From Ramazzottius varieornatus (taxonomy: Eukaryota; Animalia; Tardigrada), in the NCBI GenBank assembly GCA_001949185.1, contig BDGG01000014.1:1209378-1273377 (forward strand): a stretch of 64,000 nt of DNA, in the 5' to 3' direction. The notes under the pieces are model-generated. The model saw nothing but the letters and a program-made list of their open reading frames with translations. It did not search any database and was not told where the DNA came from. Shown one piece after another: positions 51,040 to 64,000 of this stretch. The translations under genes and the position numbers were made by a program. Position 1 is the stretch's first letter, and every line of letters begins with the position of its first letter.

Positions 51040-54000
51040 ATGTTGTACATATTCTGGGTGGAAAGAGGGACCATCATCCGATTGCAGGTTGATGTCGCTG
51101 TCGACACGTAAGTCTCACTTCCGACCAACTTTGTTCTCTCCACCTATGGCATTCGTCTTCTCGCAGGGTTTTGAACCTGAAGACAACCTTGGTGCAGCAT
51201 ACGGGTATCTCGGAAGCCAGCCAGGTGCTGTTGATCAACGGAGGCGAGCCTTTGGACGATCGCAGTCGTGTGGCTAAATATCAGTCTGGAACGGTACAGT
51301 ACAGTATTAATAATTTTGATTGATTTTTCCCACGGATTTTCTTTGACGAAGCTGATTTGTGTGTTCACTTCTCTGCAGGATACAAATCCCATCTTCCTGT
51401 TCAACCGCGATGCCATCGAGTCCGAGAGGCTGCCCGACTTTACTTCGGACAGCTTTCAGGCCGTTCCCGACGAGCAGGAAGCCAAAGAGGCAATAGATAA
51501 TGCATTGAACTTGCCTGTCAGCTTCAACGCGGTGGTCACCCGGACACAACTCGCCCAGGTTTGCACCTCGTAGTTATGGGCGCATGTTGTGAGCTTGGCT
51601 AACATGCGTGTTGTGCTGTAGCAATACTATGATTTCGCCAAAGAGCTCAATCGGCAATGCTCGGTGTTAGTTCAGGAGCAGCATTTACAGCATCAAGGAT
51701 GGCAGGCTGTCATGGCCAACCTCGACGATGTCGTCAGGTAGGATTGATCATGGTCCGCAAATGTCTTCAATGAACCCATATTCGACTGTTTTGGTTATAG
51801 TGCTTTTCGTAAGCGTCTGGACAAGTTTCAAGTGGCCTACAAGGCGTACTTGGATAGTCGCAGTGATAAATTACAGAGTCTGATGAGGTTTGTTCCATTA
51901 ATTGCTATTTGAGTGGGCAGCATGCCTTATCTTAAAGGGTTTCTTGCTCTCTGTAGCTTTGGTGATAATGTGGAAGTGCTTTCAAAGATTCCCCTGTTCC
52001 CTGCCTTGGTTCGACCGAAGAGAACGAAAGGCAGCAAGGCGTTGGAGACGGTAACCGAGCCTCCGACGGACAAAGATGGTGAGCATAAGGAACCAGCGGA
52101 AGATGCTGGAACGGACGAGGATGAAATCACCATCATTGACTGGATTAGTGCTAAGGTAATGGTGTTGGCGTCTTGCTTGCACGGATCGTGTTCCGTTGTC
52201 CTTATGCGCTATGGTTGAACGTATCTTATCTTTGGAGGACTCGGACCATGACCTGATCTCTGTGGCGGATGGGTGTCGACGAACCATCGAAACGGTCGGT
52301 GGAATTCATGCTGCACAGACTACGTAGCAGTACGACAAGAGGAGGAGGGTTCGTTTCTTTGCAGTTTGATGATACTACGTTGGAAGATGTGGTGAAAGAG
52401 TCGCAAGTGGTGGTTGGCTTATGCAACAACCCCAGCATGAAAGAAATCAAGGGTTTGGCCGAACGTCTCTTTAGTCTGGACGGACTCTTGACAGAAGCCA
52501 AGAAGCTGGTCCTTGAACAGAAAGAAACTGCTGACGTAAGTACCTTGCCCTTTGTTTGCCTGTGCAAATTCATTTGAGCTTTATGTTGATAGGTTCTGCA
52601 GAAGATGCAGCAACAAGTAACCTCCCGTGACGTCCAATTGATTAAAGATTTGGCCGTTTCTTTCACGCAACATTTGCATCAAGTGCTGAAAAGTCACGGC
52701 AAATTATGCAGTATTAAGAAACGATGTCTGGCCGCCAAGCAGGAATTGTGTAATCACTTACACGTTCGCCTCAAGTACGTGCAGTCGGTGTTTTTCTCCC
52801 TGACGTAACGATCGTCTGGGAAACGTTTTTGTATGAGATTGTCTGTCTAGTCGTGGTCCTACATGTACCTGCATACTCCAAGATATACGCTCAGCGAGAT
52901 GGACGGATATGCAGGTGGATGACAGGTTGATCTTCGCTTTTTCGGCGTGTAAAACGATGCTTGTTTTCTCCAGTTGGGTGGTCAAAGTAGAGAACGGCAT
53001 CTCGGAAGGAGACGACAAAGTCAAGATTTACTTTGAGAATATCCGAAGGATCAAGCGGCTAACGCACATGCTGGAGCAAGTACGCAGTGTCCCGGTGGTT
53101 TACCTGTCGGCCGTAGAGGAAGTCCTTCGGCGGCGTCATTACGCCGCAGACTTTGTCAAGGTTAGAAGCTTCTCTTACTTTCACCTGTGTGATGATGAAT
53201 GACTATGAACTTCCGTTGTGTTTCAGTGGGCTGCAACGGTGGCCAAGACTGCCAGTCAAAGTTATCTGGAAGAAAGCGAAGCCCGCAAGTCTTTCCTATC
53301 CTCGTACGGTTCGCACTTTCTCTGTGGCCTTTTTCCCGGTCTCGACCAGTTCCCTCCCCAGTTTGCTGTAAGTCAATTTCCCACATTTTCTTAACACGTC
53401 TCTGCCGCTTGACTCAATGTAATTGAACAGACCAATCCTCCGGTCCAATTTGATTCCTCCTTGCCTGCCTTGAAAGAAGCCGACCTGCGCCAGCTGCTCG
53501 ACCGCGTACCGTCTCTTTCCCAAAACCTCAGGTACCATGGCACTATCCACTAAAAGAATTTGCTTGAATCCGTTTGCCATAACCGAACTCTGACAACATT
53601 TTTTCAAACACTCAGAAACAAAATCAAAGAAATATTAAATGTGTTTATAGCGGAATTTCAAAGTTGACTTACTTCAATATTTTTTCTACCGTGACAGATC
53701 ACGGACGGCAAACTACGCCAGCCCGCTCGTGCATTGTCCTCTAGTCTGTACTGTCATTGCACCAGCGGCAGAAGCTGAAAGTCCCTCGACACGCAACCGG
53801 CGCGTTTCCTTCCACAGTGACTCGACCGAAAAGGATCCTTCAACGCAAGCGCCATCCGTCCTTAGCTGTACGGCTCAAGAACGTCAACTTCTCGACTCGC
53901 TCCCACAAGCACTCCTGACCTACCGGAGGGCCTTCTTGTCAGTGCGAACAGCCCACGATAACCTAAAGGCCGACATGCTTAAACTGACCGAGTTATTCAA

Positions 54001-55801
54001 AAGCTTCCTCATCGATGGACAAAATCAACTTCAGGTACGAGTACTGCATTGATAAATTCAGATTGATCTTTAACATTAATCTGGCTTTTATCGGTTCGGT
54101 AATTTCAGGTTGAAGTGGAAAAGGAGCGGCAACTCAGGAGGGAAGCTGAACAGCAGAAAAGCAAAGTGGAAGGTACTCTGAAGAGCACGGAGGTTACGGT
54201 AGGCGAGCTGGAGGAGGTAGTGAGAAGACTGAAGGAAGAATATGATGAGGTGAGAAGGTCCAAAAATGAGGCCGACACGAAACTAGCCACCTGTGAAGAG
54301 CAGGCAAAGTCCCGAGTGGATAGACTAAGGGAAGAGCTGGAAGGGCGGAAGGAAGATAGCCAGAGAAGGGAAGCGGAGAAGGACGCTGAGATTGTTCGGT
54401 TGATGGTCGCCCTGGACGAAGCCACACTGGAACGGAACCAGCTCAAGACGAAATTAGATGAAAGAACCACACAACACGGTAAGCACCATATGAGACTAGT
54501 CATGAGTTTTTCTAGCGTTGGGATACACTCTGCCGTTTTCCTCAAGCAAATGCCAGTTAGGCTTGTGCCAAGCACGGCCTTGACGCGTAGTTGACGAGTA
54601 TTTCCCAAATCTGGAAGTCCGCCTTTTATCTACGAAAATGCCAAGCACGGCATTTATGAGCGTTCCATAGAGAAGGGGCAGAATTAACCCAGCATGCGCG
54701 CTGCAGTGCAGCGTAAATGCCGATTTATTTACCTTACTTGTGGAATTATACAGAAAAGACGATGGAGAAGGCGGAAGTGGAGAAGAGGCTGGCCATGGAG
54801 CTGGAACGAGAACGTGTGCTGACCGAACATCTGGCCGAAGCCTCCAACCTTCCCTCGACATGTCAGCCTCTCGAGCCAGTCGTCTCCTCGTCGATCGGAC
54901 TTCAGTTCCCCGAAGAATGTCCTCTGGTAGATTCGCCGACCAACGAGCAGTACCAACAGGAGCCCATCTCACCGCGCAGCGACACCTTCTTCCCACCGGC
55001 AAGACGCTCGTCCTCGCATCTACCTCGCGCCTATACCGACAGCATGTTGGTACCGCACGGCCCAACGGACAGTATGGAGAGCTCTCTTAGTGTTCAGCCA
55101 CAACAGCAGAGCCTGATGGAAATGTCCTACATGTCGACGGTACCTGCGCAGTCATCGTTGGCTGGACCGCAGGCTACTAGTCCTCGGCCTAATCAGATGG
55201 GTGCTGCCATGTACCCTACCGTCATTTCCCTCACCTCGTAAGTGTCAGCCCTGCGTTGTGCTTTGAATATTGGCAAAGATTGCACAAAAGTTGTCTTTTC
55301 GCAGGTGTAACGCGGGTGAGTTGGTGCTGTTTGTCTACAACAAGGATTTCAAGCAGTACACGGGCTACCTACCCTTCAAGAGGTCGCTGTACCTCCTCCA
55401 CTCAGATTCGCATGCCGACTTGGGCCTCCTACCTACCAGAGGACCCGAAGGTAACTTACAGTGACAAGAAGAACGGAAGTTTCTTTTCAGATTGTCCGAG
55501 GTAAAGTTCTGTTTGAAGGTGAACTGATGGAAGTGCGCAGTTGGGTCGTGGCGGAAATTGTCGGCAAAGAATACGTCCTCACCAAAAAGGTATTTGGGTT
55601 CAAAAACACTGTAGAGAAGGCCTCATTAAAAATTTGGAGAAGATTGAGAATAGAAATGAACTTTAGGAGCCCAATCGGTACCGGCTGAAAGAAGGGACGC
55701 GTTTCTACCGTGTGAAGGCCAAAGCCTGGGACCTTGAGCAGGTCCTGCGAGATGCTGCGGCTCCCGGAGCAGCTCAGCCATCCAGCTCGCAACTGCCCTG
55801 A
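51040..55801 (+). CDS. RB1CC1: RB1-inducible coiled-coil 1 / FIP200 (Atg11/Atg17-like autophagy scaffold), multi-exon
   Basis: N-terminus MLYIFWVERGT...QVLLINGGEPL...DTNPIFLFN, EQHLQHQGWQAVMANLDD, MKEIKGLAERL, KQELCNHLHVRL, a coiled coil, and the Claw domain KEYVLTKKEPNRYRL...FYRVKA. Confidence 0.92.
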
Positions 55802-56474
55802 AGGCCAGAAAAGAAAGAATACCTGTGATGATTTTTGAACTGTGTATGATGGCGTGTGGAGCTCAGCCAATTTTCGCAGTTGACTGTTGCTTCGGCACTC
55901 CATTCATCACTAATCCCTCCCTCTTCGACACTTGACTTTGCTTACTGCTTTGCGTACAAATTCTTCTATAAATACTCTTTTTTCTCTTTGAACCAAAAAG
56001 CTACAAAAATCATTCTGAATTTTTATGATCCTTTTCATTTTATCCCACGTTCCTTTTCCAGCGACAAAGACAAGGTTATCCAGAACATGCACGTTTCTTT
56101 CCATCAATCTATGCCGACTGGCGAAAGGGGGCAAAGTGGGCGAAAGGCAGACTTTATTCTGCGGTAGAGTAATTACGGGATTTGGTTCTTCATAAAGTCT
56201 GCCATAATTACCCGCCAGGACAATGTCCATTATGTCTCACATAATTATGGCATGTCGCCAGTGCTCTTGTAGCGCTAAACTGATGAATCCACAAGCCATA
56301 TTGTCAACGTCGACAATATTCCAAACTTCATCCACTTTAGTTTACGTCTGGAATTTCTTACTGGAGTTTTCAAATATAAAGTAGTTTGTTCAGGGACTTT
56401 GGTATATCTCCTGAACTATGGGTCTTTGCTAGTTATTGTCACGCCCCGGTGCATTCAGTGACGTTGGTTAGCGG

Positions 56475-56636
56475 CAGAGCTGCAGAGCTATTTAGCTCGC
56501 GAGCTAAATCTGCCTTTTTTCTAGGAAAACGCAAAACAGGGTTGTGTAGCGCACGAACCTGGATGAACTTTTTGTAAAAACATCGTAGAAGAAAGGCGAA
56601 ATGAGCTAAACGAGCTAAAATAGCTCCGTAGGACTG
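56475..56636. mobile_element. hAT-type MITE (162 bp)
   Basis: 8-bp direct repeat GTTAGCGG at 56467-56474 and 56637-56644. Imperfect TIRs starting CAG and ending CTG with GAGCTA repeats. Internal perfect 20-bp palindrome at 56490-56509. Confidence 0.75.
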
Positions 56637-58986
56637 GTTAGCGGACCACTTTCCAACAAGGAAGTGGACTGTATGCAGGCCACGTGCGCACCTCAAACAT
56701 GTGCAGTCCCCTTTTGGAAAAGCACTCTTCCGTAGGCTGGCATTGCTTTTTGCCCCATTAATCTGCTGCTTGTCTTCTTAATTGCTCGTTGCAGCCGGAA
56801 ACGGCTGTTGTGCGTCAAAGTGGACCACTGTGTTGTGTCGGGAGACTTGGCAGAAAAGCAGCCGAGCAGGAAGAGATGGCGACGTCGATGTAAACGTCGC
56901 CATCGGACGGTCGGACAGAGCCAAGGCAAAGACGAGAGTACATAAAGATGAAGTCTGTGCATAGTAATTACTTTAATGACGGATAATAAGATCATCAGGG
57001 CAGGCTGGCAGAGAACGAGTACCATCCCTTTGGTTAGTGCCGATGGAGACCGGCTTCAGCTGTCGACAGGACAGACCACTGGCGACTGTACTTGCCTTCC
57101 TCGTTGAATTACTGATTAACTGTTGGCGCCGGACAGTCCAGGCATATCTGCGCCATCCGCATCGCTAATGTAACTCTCGTCTCTCTTGGCAGAACAGAGG
57201 CTTGTTAGCAATGGCGAGACAATTTCTACCACGCTTGGCCTGGACCAGCCTAGCTTCCCAAATGTCCAGCCGCGGCCTTCGCTTTGCACTTTTCGCCAAC
57301 CAACCAACGAATGCCGTCCATGAATATTCCCAGATCGGAAAGTGAAATAATTCCATATTCAAAAGGGAAAATGCTGGACGTTGCATTCCCCAAAGCTCGT
57401 TACTGTCACGCCATGAGAATTCTCAAGCCGAATATACGAGGAGCAAATATCAACGGCAGACAGGCTTTGTAGAACTGCCGCAAACCCTGCTCACAGAACG
57501 ACAAGTTCGCTCTGCATTGAATATGGCAATGTGAAAGAAAACTATAGGGAAAGTTTCCAGAAGGTTGGCTTCGAGCCCCATGTATCTTCCTTCGAGAATG
57601 CGAAATTGCACGTTTGATAGGAAACTTTATACACGTTTAATTTGTGGGTTCGAATATACAACTGAATCGTTTCATCTGACCTAAGCGAAGAAAATTCGAA
57701 GCAGATTTATTTTTATCTGCAGCTGAAGATATTGGGCCAGGCAAGACTTTATCAAGTTGCAAGGCGTCTGGCGAGCCGAAAGGTCGTGTTCAGACAGACT
57801 CCGCGTCTGTTGTTTTAGTTTCGCGCGTTGTAGATTGCTTGGGGACCCCAAAGCGGAGTGGACTTTAGTCGAATGTGGGAAAGAGATTTAGATGTGAGAC
57901 GTTGATGAGAAGTAAACTATTTATGTAGTGGGCGATTAGTTGAATACGTGCTGGCTGGTCAAGTTATTAGATCACTTAAGTTGAGGCTATTAAGTAAAGT
58001 TGGGTAGTGTCGCTTGGAGCTGGCGAGGATGATATCGCCGAGCCATCTGCAAACTGTACTTGAACCTCCGCCGAGACAGATTACGCGTCTCCCCTATCGG
58101 ACATTTCCTAAGTGGACATTTCCGTGGATAAATTGCATCGCGCGCCATATCGCCGGGCACTGTTCCCTCAGCTCTGAGAACGGAGGGAAGAGACGACTCC
58201 TATCATGATCAGATCAGCGCCCGGATAGCCAAAGTCAAGTTGGGCGCCGAGGCGCTGGTCAGTTCTCAACAATCGGACACTGTCCAGACGACACAACCGG
58301 CAAGGAAACAACAGACTTACTCTCCATGGTCAGCCGTATCGAGCACAACATGTCATGACTGCCTCACTGCACATCAGTAGGGATGCAACGTACGCCTTAC
58401 CATAGGTTCCTTCGTAATTGGCCGCTTGTACAAGATGTCGGCGACTGGCCATGTTGTCCTTTCCTCTTTCCTCTTTCCTCATCCAGCTGCCTTCCCTGTC
58501 CACGAAATCCTTATCGGTCGTAGCCTCCGCTTCCTTCTTTAGACCGGGGGACAGAGGAAAGCTTAAGTCGTCGTCGACGTTTGAGATATGGATGTGTGTA
58601 CTGAAGGCCATTGTCTCAACAATTCCTTAAGCTAACAAAAAGCCTCTCATCTTCCGCTCAACCCTGACTTCTTACCGGCCTCACAATCGGCCTAGCCTGA
58701 CTTTACCCTTCGACTTTCTTCGAGAGCGACATAGCTGACATTTCCATAGACATTCAAATTCATTTGCATTCTAGAATGACCATTGACTTCGGATTCAATG
58801 CCAGAGAATATTGAAAGATTGATGAGAATAAAAATATTAAATACAGTGCCTCATCGCGAAGACTCAAGCACAGTATAACGGATAGAACAAGAACGATGAA
58901 AACTGGGGTGGACATAAATATCTCTCTGCATGAATGATCTGTTGGTGTCTAACAACAAGGTGGATAATATAACAACTGCAAGCCGA

Positions 58987-60822
58987 TCATAGATGCCGTG
59001 AGGAATATTGGAAAAATTGATCATTGCAATAAGTGCTGTTAGCCAAGGTCCGGCCAGGACTGTGGGTATCGGGGAAGCGGCGCGGAGGAGCTTCCAGCTC
59101 ATACAAGCTGGAGTAGGTGTTGGCCGACATGTAGCCAATGTCCTTGGTGTCAGGCTGGATGACTTCCTTGTTCTGGACTTTGGGCGGTTTGCTGATGTAA
59201 TCGATGGTCAGCTGCTTGTTGGCATGAGCCAAGGTTCCCCGTTGGACTAGGTTCTCTGTTGAGACGAACTGGGCCCGACGCAGAGCGATCAAGCCGATGA
59301 TGACCAATGTACCCAGGATAATGACGACGATCAAGGGGATGACGACGTAGAGAATCTTCCATCCCGACAGGTCGAAATGGTTGGCATGTTCGCTGACGTC
59401 GGTGGACAGAATGGCTTTGTTGACTTCGTCGGAGGCGGACGGGCTTTCGGCTATATCGGCGTCTTCCTCAGCCTCTTGGCTTTCAGGGTTCTGTTCTTGG
59501 TGGATATCGCGCTCCTCCTCTTCAAGGACTTCCTCGGACTCGATAACGTCGTCGGTGGCGCGAAGTCGAGCAAAGGTTTGATGGAAGGGTGGGATGGGCA
59601 CTCTGGTCGAAGCCGAAGAATCGACTGGGGAGGACTCGGCGTTGGGTGGAAGAGTGGTGGGAGAGAGGGAAGGTTGACGGGTGGCTGGCACAACCTTGTT
59701 GCACATGTCCGATGAACAGCAATGGAGCACCGGCCAGGCCGACTGCAGCTGCGGATCCAACAAGGACGGAGGTCGGTTCTCACACAACAACGGTGTCGAT
59801 CTACAAGAATTAAAGAGAAATCATATCAATAAGGCTTATCTTTTGGCTCGCTGTAATCCTTCACGTGGGCAAATTTCCTGTAAAGCTGCAGAAAAGTTGC
59901 AGCATTACCTGTTGATGCATCCACGGACATACTGGTCCCGTTTAGCTCCCCGTTGCCGTCTTGCCGGTGCGTACTGGGCGTAACAGAGATTGCTGGCCGC
60001 ACAACGGTTGGTTCCCTGGCTTCGGCATTCCTGAGTATTGCAGACGCAGGTTAGGAGACCCGCTGCCGACGAAGAGGAGCCATCGGCAGACGACGGCGAA
60101 CCGCCGGAGAAAAGCAAAGACCCTACAAAGGCAAAGGATGAAAATAAGGAGGTGAGGCCGCATAATTTTCAGAGGCTATTGTGACAAAAGAGAAAAAGTA
60201 GTCCATCAATAAAGGCAAAGTCCCTAAAGAGGAGCAGATATTTATTCAATGATCTTTTCAGCTATGGCTAAAGTGATGTCTACTGCATTGACGTGAGGAC
60301 AATAGAAGGCCCGTTCTTCAATAAAGGTAGGAAAAGTCTCTTTTCTTCTTTCCTTCCGTTCAGCTGAGCTGGTCTTGACAAGCCATAACCCAAGCTCAAC
60401 GGCTACCTGTCCTTCCTTCCTGCCACCTTGCTTCCCTCCCTTATTTCTATCCGACAAGTGCAGCCATGACTATTGTTGGCCTCTCTTTTGTTCGCCCATC
60501 AGCCACAGTTCAGCCAGACTTTACAATGATTCTGACAGCTACCTGTCATTCGCTACCTCACATCGAACCTTCAAATTCAAACAAAAGAACTTCTTTCAGA
60601 CTACCGCTGGTAGTTTTTTCCAAAGAACGATAAAATGCAGAAGGGTTCCTACAAGCGGGAAAAATTTCACAGTGAAAATTTCATGTCTTCTTCTTAGTTC
60701 AACGTCTTAACTATCATGAAAATATTCAACTTACTTGGATCTTGGATGAACCTGGCGCTGACCGGCTGAAAGTCTCGCAAGACCACAGTTAACAAAGCGG
60801 AAAGAGCGGCTTGGATGAGCAT
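58987..60822 (-). CDS. BAMBI: BAMBI-like TGF-beta pseudoreceptor (activin-receptor-type ectodomain, one TM, no kinase), 3 exons
   Basis: Signal exon MLIQAALSALLTVVL (accATG). Ectodomain LTCVCNTQEC...C...LCY...RGC, PLLCENRP, LHCCSSDMCN. TM ILYVVIPLIVVIILGTLVIIGLIAL. Short tail with no kinase motifs. Confidence 0.75.
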
Positions 60823-62462
60823 GGTGAATGTCGGAGCAACAAGTCAGTTACGATCAGCTCTTGCAGTGAAGGCAAGTTGAAGGAAGCAATCACCGACGAA
60901 GAAAATATTCCGCTGGATACGGCGACGCCGGCTGAGATATTTTCGGGCAGCGGTCAAGCTGCAAGTTAAATATAGGCTGGCCCTCAAAACAAAATCTTTT
61001 CGACGAAAGAAGGATGGCGTTTGGCAGTAAAGTCTGATGGATCAGTTTCCTCCAGAAACTTTATCGGGCAAACTGGCCAAAAATAATCGGAATTGTCTTT
61101 GCAGACGGATATAAGACGAAGAGGAGTTGAGAGCACGGCGATGGAAACGATGGAAGTGAAAGTCAAGCCGGGAAGACAATGCAAAGCAAATGGAGCTGAA
61201 GGAAAGGAAAGGCAGTAAGTTGAGGATAGCTGGCTTGGCCGCTGGTCAGAACAAGTCGGAGAATGAGGAGATGAGCACCAGGAATGTTTACTTTGCGCTA
61301 TACGTTCCCCCTCTGCAATAACTCGCTCTGTCCTTCTCTTTGGCTCGTACTTGTTTCTCTAGCTCACATTACACTGGGAGCCATAACCCCGCCCTGCTTC
61401 TCTCTTTTGCAGATATAGAAGCTTTCGATGGATGAGGAGAAGGCGAAGGTAACAATGCAGCGGGAGGTCAACTTTTGATGGAGGGAAGCAACCTCTTAGT
61501 GTCCGGCCCTTTGTTTTACAGGCCATATTCTATTTACTCGCAGGACTCTTCTTTTAATGAAGTCAACCAAGCAGCTGACCACTGTCCATCCATATCAGGG
61601 CTCTTTGTCACAAGCTCATCTGACAGTTCATCAAATCGCCAACTGGCCGCGCTGCAAAACGATAGCAAACTTATACGGAAGAAGAGAAGGACACAGTAGC
61701 CAAACGACATTTCGATCTCAAGTGCGCCATAACTATCCATCAGGCCTATAGGATAATTATCATAGGCGCGTCAAGTGACTCCACTACTTTCCACCAGTGC
61801 TTCTTCCAACCGCCAGGAAATTTTGTTGTTTCAACAGATAGGTTAACCAGCTGCCGCTGTGTGTTGGTAGAGATGTTCCGTATGGATCGACAAACAAACT
61901 GTTTTGATTATGCCGGCTATACAAAAGCAATTCTCAGGTTCCATATAGTAAAGATAACCCTTATTCCGAAGTGAAGAATGTCGTCTTCAACCTGGCGTTC
62001 AAATCAGTCCGATTTGAAGTGGTGTGCATATTCTTGTGAAAGTCTACTATAATAATCTCGTTAACACTGTAACAGACGCAGTCGGATATCCCAACGTACC
62101 GACTTCATGTAGTCAGTTTACACTACAGCAGCGGAAATGCAAAACACATGGGCCAAAGGGACCCAGAGACTACACTAAATTCACTTTATCTTCTACTCCC
62201 ATTACTATCTTTGAAACGTAGGAAACTTTGGGTGCTGGAAAAGCAGCGCGGCATTTTGACTGTCTACAAGGTTCGTCGGTGGCGCCATCTGCGAACTGAG
62301 TGAGTTGTATACCGGTACACAGGTTTATTATAATTATTATTCTGGCGCCGAACAGACTCCGAAGATGCATAGGCTTGAAAGAGAGAAGTTTGCTGAATGC
62401 CCTAACCAATATTTCGTTGCTGTTCTTCCGTTCAGACAGTTCAAAAGTAAAGCGACTTTGTG

Positions 62463-62953
62463 TCATTCGTTTCGTGTCACAGCCGGTGGCAGTAAACTAA
62501 AGTTTAGGGGCTCAGGTGGAGGAGCACTAGGACCAAGGTGACGAGTGCTGGTCAGTGAACGATTGTCAGCGGGAGAAGGCATAGTGGCAGCTTCCGCGTA
62601 GGAGGGAGGACCCGTTTCGGCGTACGTGGGCAGGCTGGGGGACAGCGGCGAGGGGCCTTGTATTGCTGGCCGAAGGATTGGCAAATCGTCGGCTGGCCAC
62701 GATTGATGGTGGACCGTCGTCATCTCGCTTTCCCTGACGGGAAGGTCTTCATCCGAGAGGGCAGCTGTATAGTCTTGACTTGTGATGGTGACTTGCTGGG
62801 TTTCGATGGCCCCATCAGGAAGTACAGTCACCACCGTCCCGTCAGGGAACACCGTCTCCGTCATCCCTTTGGACACTACAGTGTGTACCGCTTGCGACCC
62901 CTGCGCAGTGGCGGACATGGTCTTCTTGTTCCTGACGAAGCAGATATTCAGCT
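62463..62953 (-). CDS. Last exon of a probable membrane protein with a Pro-rich tail (LPTY, PPSY, PSAP); upstream exons unresolved
   Basis: Open frame after a cag acceptor, starting LNICFVRNKK. Hydrophobic coding-like segment at 63600-63800. I could not build a complete model. Confidence 0.45.
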
Positions 62954-64000
62954 GCGGTGACAGGGACTGGTAGCCTATTGGAGCTTGGCAGGGAATAACT
63001 TGAGTAAAGAAGGCTCTGCTACAGGGCTCAGATATGGATGTACGGAAAACAGTTGACAATGTCTTGTCCGCTCTTTCCCCAAGGTAAGTTATGAGCCTAT
63101 TTCGCGCAACGTCAAGTGGACAAAACGCTGCAGTCTTTTCGTCCCCATGTGGTGCTGCTAAAAGCTGTTTTGCGTTGGGAAGGAAGCTTAAGTTGAAGTG
63201 TTGTTGGCCTGGCTATGAAAGTGTTGACGGTAATTTGTACGAGCAGTTTGAAGTACCAGCCTAAACGCTTGTAAGGCGACGCGTATGGCGTATACTTGAC
63301 TGCATCAGTCAGTAATTGCAGCCTTTGCAAAACGGCCAGTTTCGCGTATAGGGTTGAATGATTTTAAGGTTGCACAGCCTTTTCAAGCAACAGGCTGAAT
63401 GGAAGAAGAAAGACTCCAACAGGCGGTACGTAGTCTAAATGTTGGGGCTATAATGGTGGCTCGCTCATATGACGGAGTTCCTGGTAGATGGTCTTGCAGC
63501 AACGGTGCATGCAGGCCTTGAAGCAGATTCCTCATGATTACCCATCCTTCCATGAAGACTGCTCTCCGATGTTCCGTGGAATGGCCACAGCCTCATTCAA
63601 AGCTCTGATTCTGATAAAGTTACAAGCAGCTGCGCTTGTAAAAACGGGTAGGAAGAAGGCATGAAAAGGGGGGCTTTGGTTATCATGAGGAAGGTGGCCA
63701 CGCCCAGCGCGGCACCGTGTTGGACGAGGTAGATGTGCGCTAGAGGAAACAGCTGCCCAATCAGAAGGAGAATCAGCACTGCCTTCTTCCGAATGGCGAA
63801 CCCTGGAGGAGGAGCCTGAGGGGCACGCAGAGGCGCCGGCGCAGTTCACGTTGTGCGTACCCATCGCGCAGCACAGCTAGAAAGCCGGACGGGAGGCTGG
63901 CCACTCCGGCCTCCAACCAAGCATCGACCTTGGGATATTCAGATCTATAAAGAAGCCTGTATGTAATAGATAGCCGACACTTCCAAATAAAGGCAGAAAA

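Overview
This is eukaryotic (animal) DNA from a very compact genome, with many 50-110 nt GT-AG introns, roughly balanced GC and short intergenic spacers. A tardigrade such as Ramazzottius is my best guess, but that is an inference. I assembled the gene models by hand from splice signals. In order, the protein genes are: an anion-selective Cys-loop channel (with a 6-nt microexon), a secreted/GPI-type cyclase (KynB/isatin-hydrolase family), a Ly6/quiver-like GPI protein plus a decayed copy, three decaying copies of an unrecognised secreted-protein family, a cytosolic sulfotransferase, an SLC6 amino-acid transporter whose last intron hosts an antisense catalytic PGRP, an OSBPL1/2-like gene, DNAJC11, DNAJB6-like, Rab11, a Ser/Gly/Gln/Tyr low-complexity (prion-like) protein, DNAJC17, RB1CC1/FIP200, BAMBI-like, and a PY/PSAP-motif membrane-protein tail. 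Mobile DNA includes two nested pogo-family DNA transposons, a near full-length CRE-clade non-LTR retrotransposon, and four MITE/foldback elements. The best candidates for new biology are the FUS-like disordered protein at 48073-49038, which sits in a chaperone/autophagy gene neighbourhood; the roughly 13-fold over-represented TGACGTCA motif near these genes' starts; the nested signal-less amidase PGRP; and the orphan secreted family.
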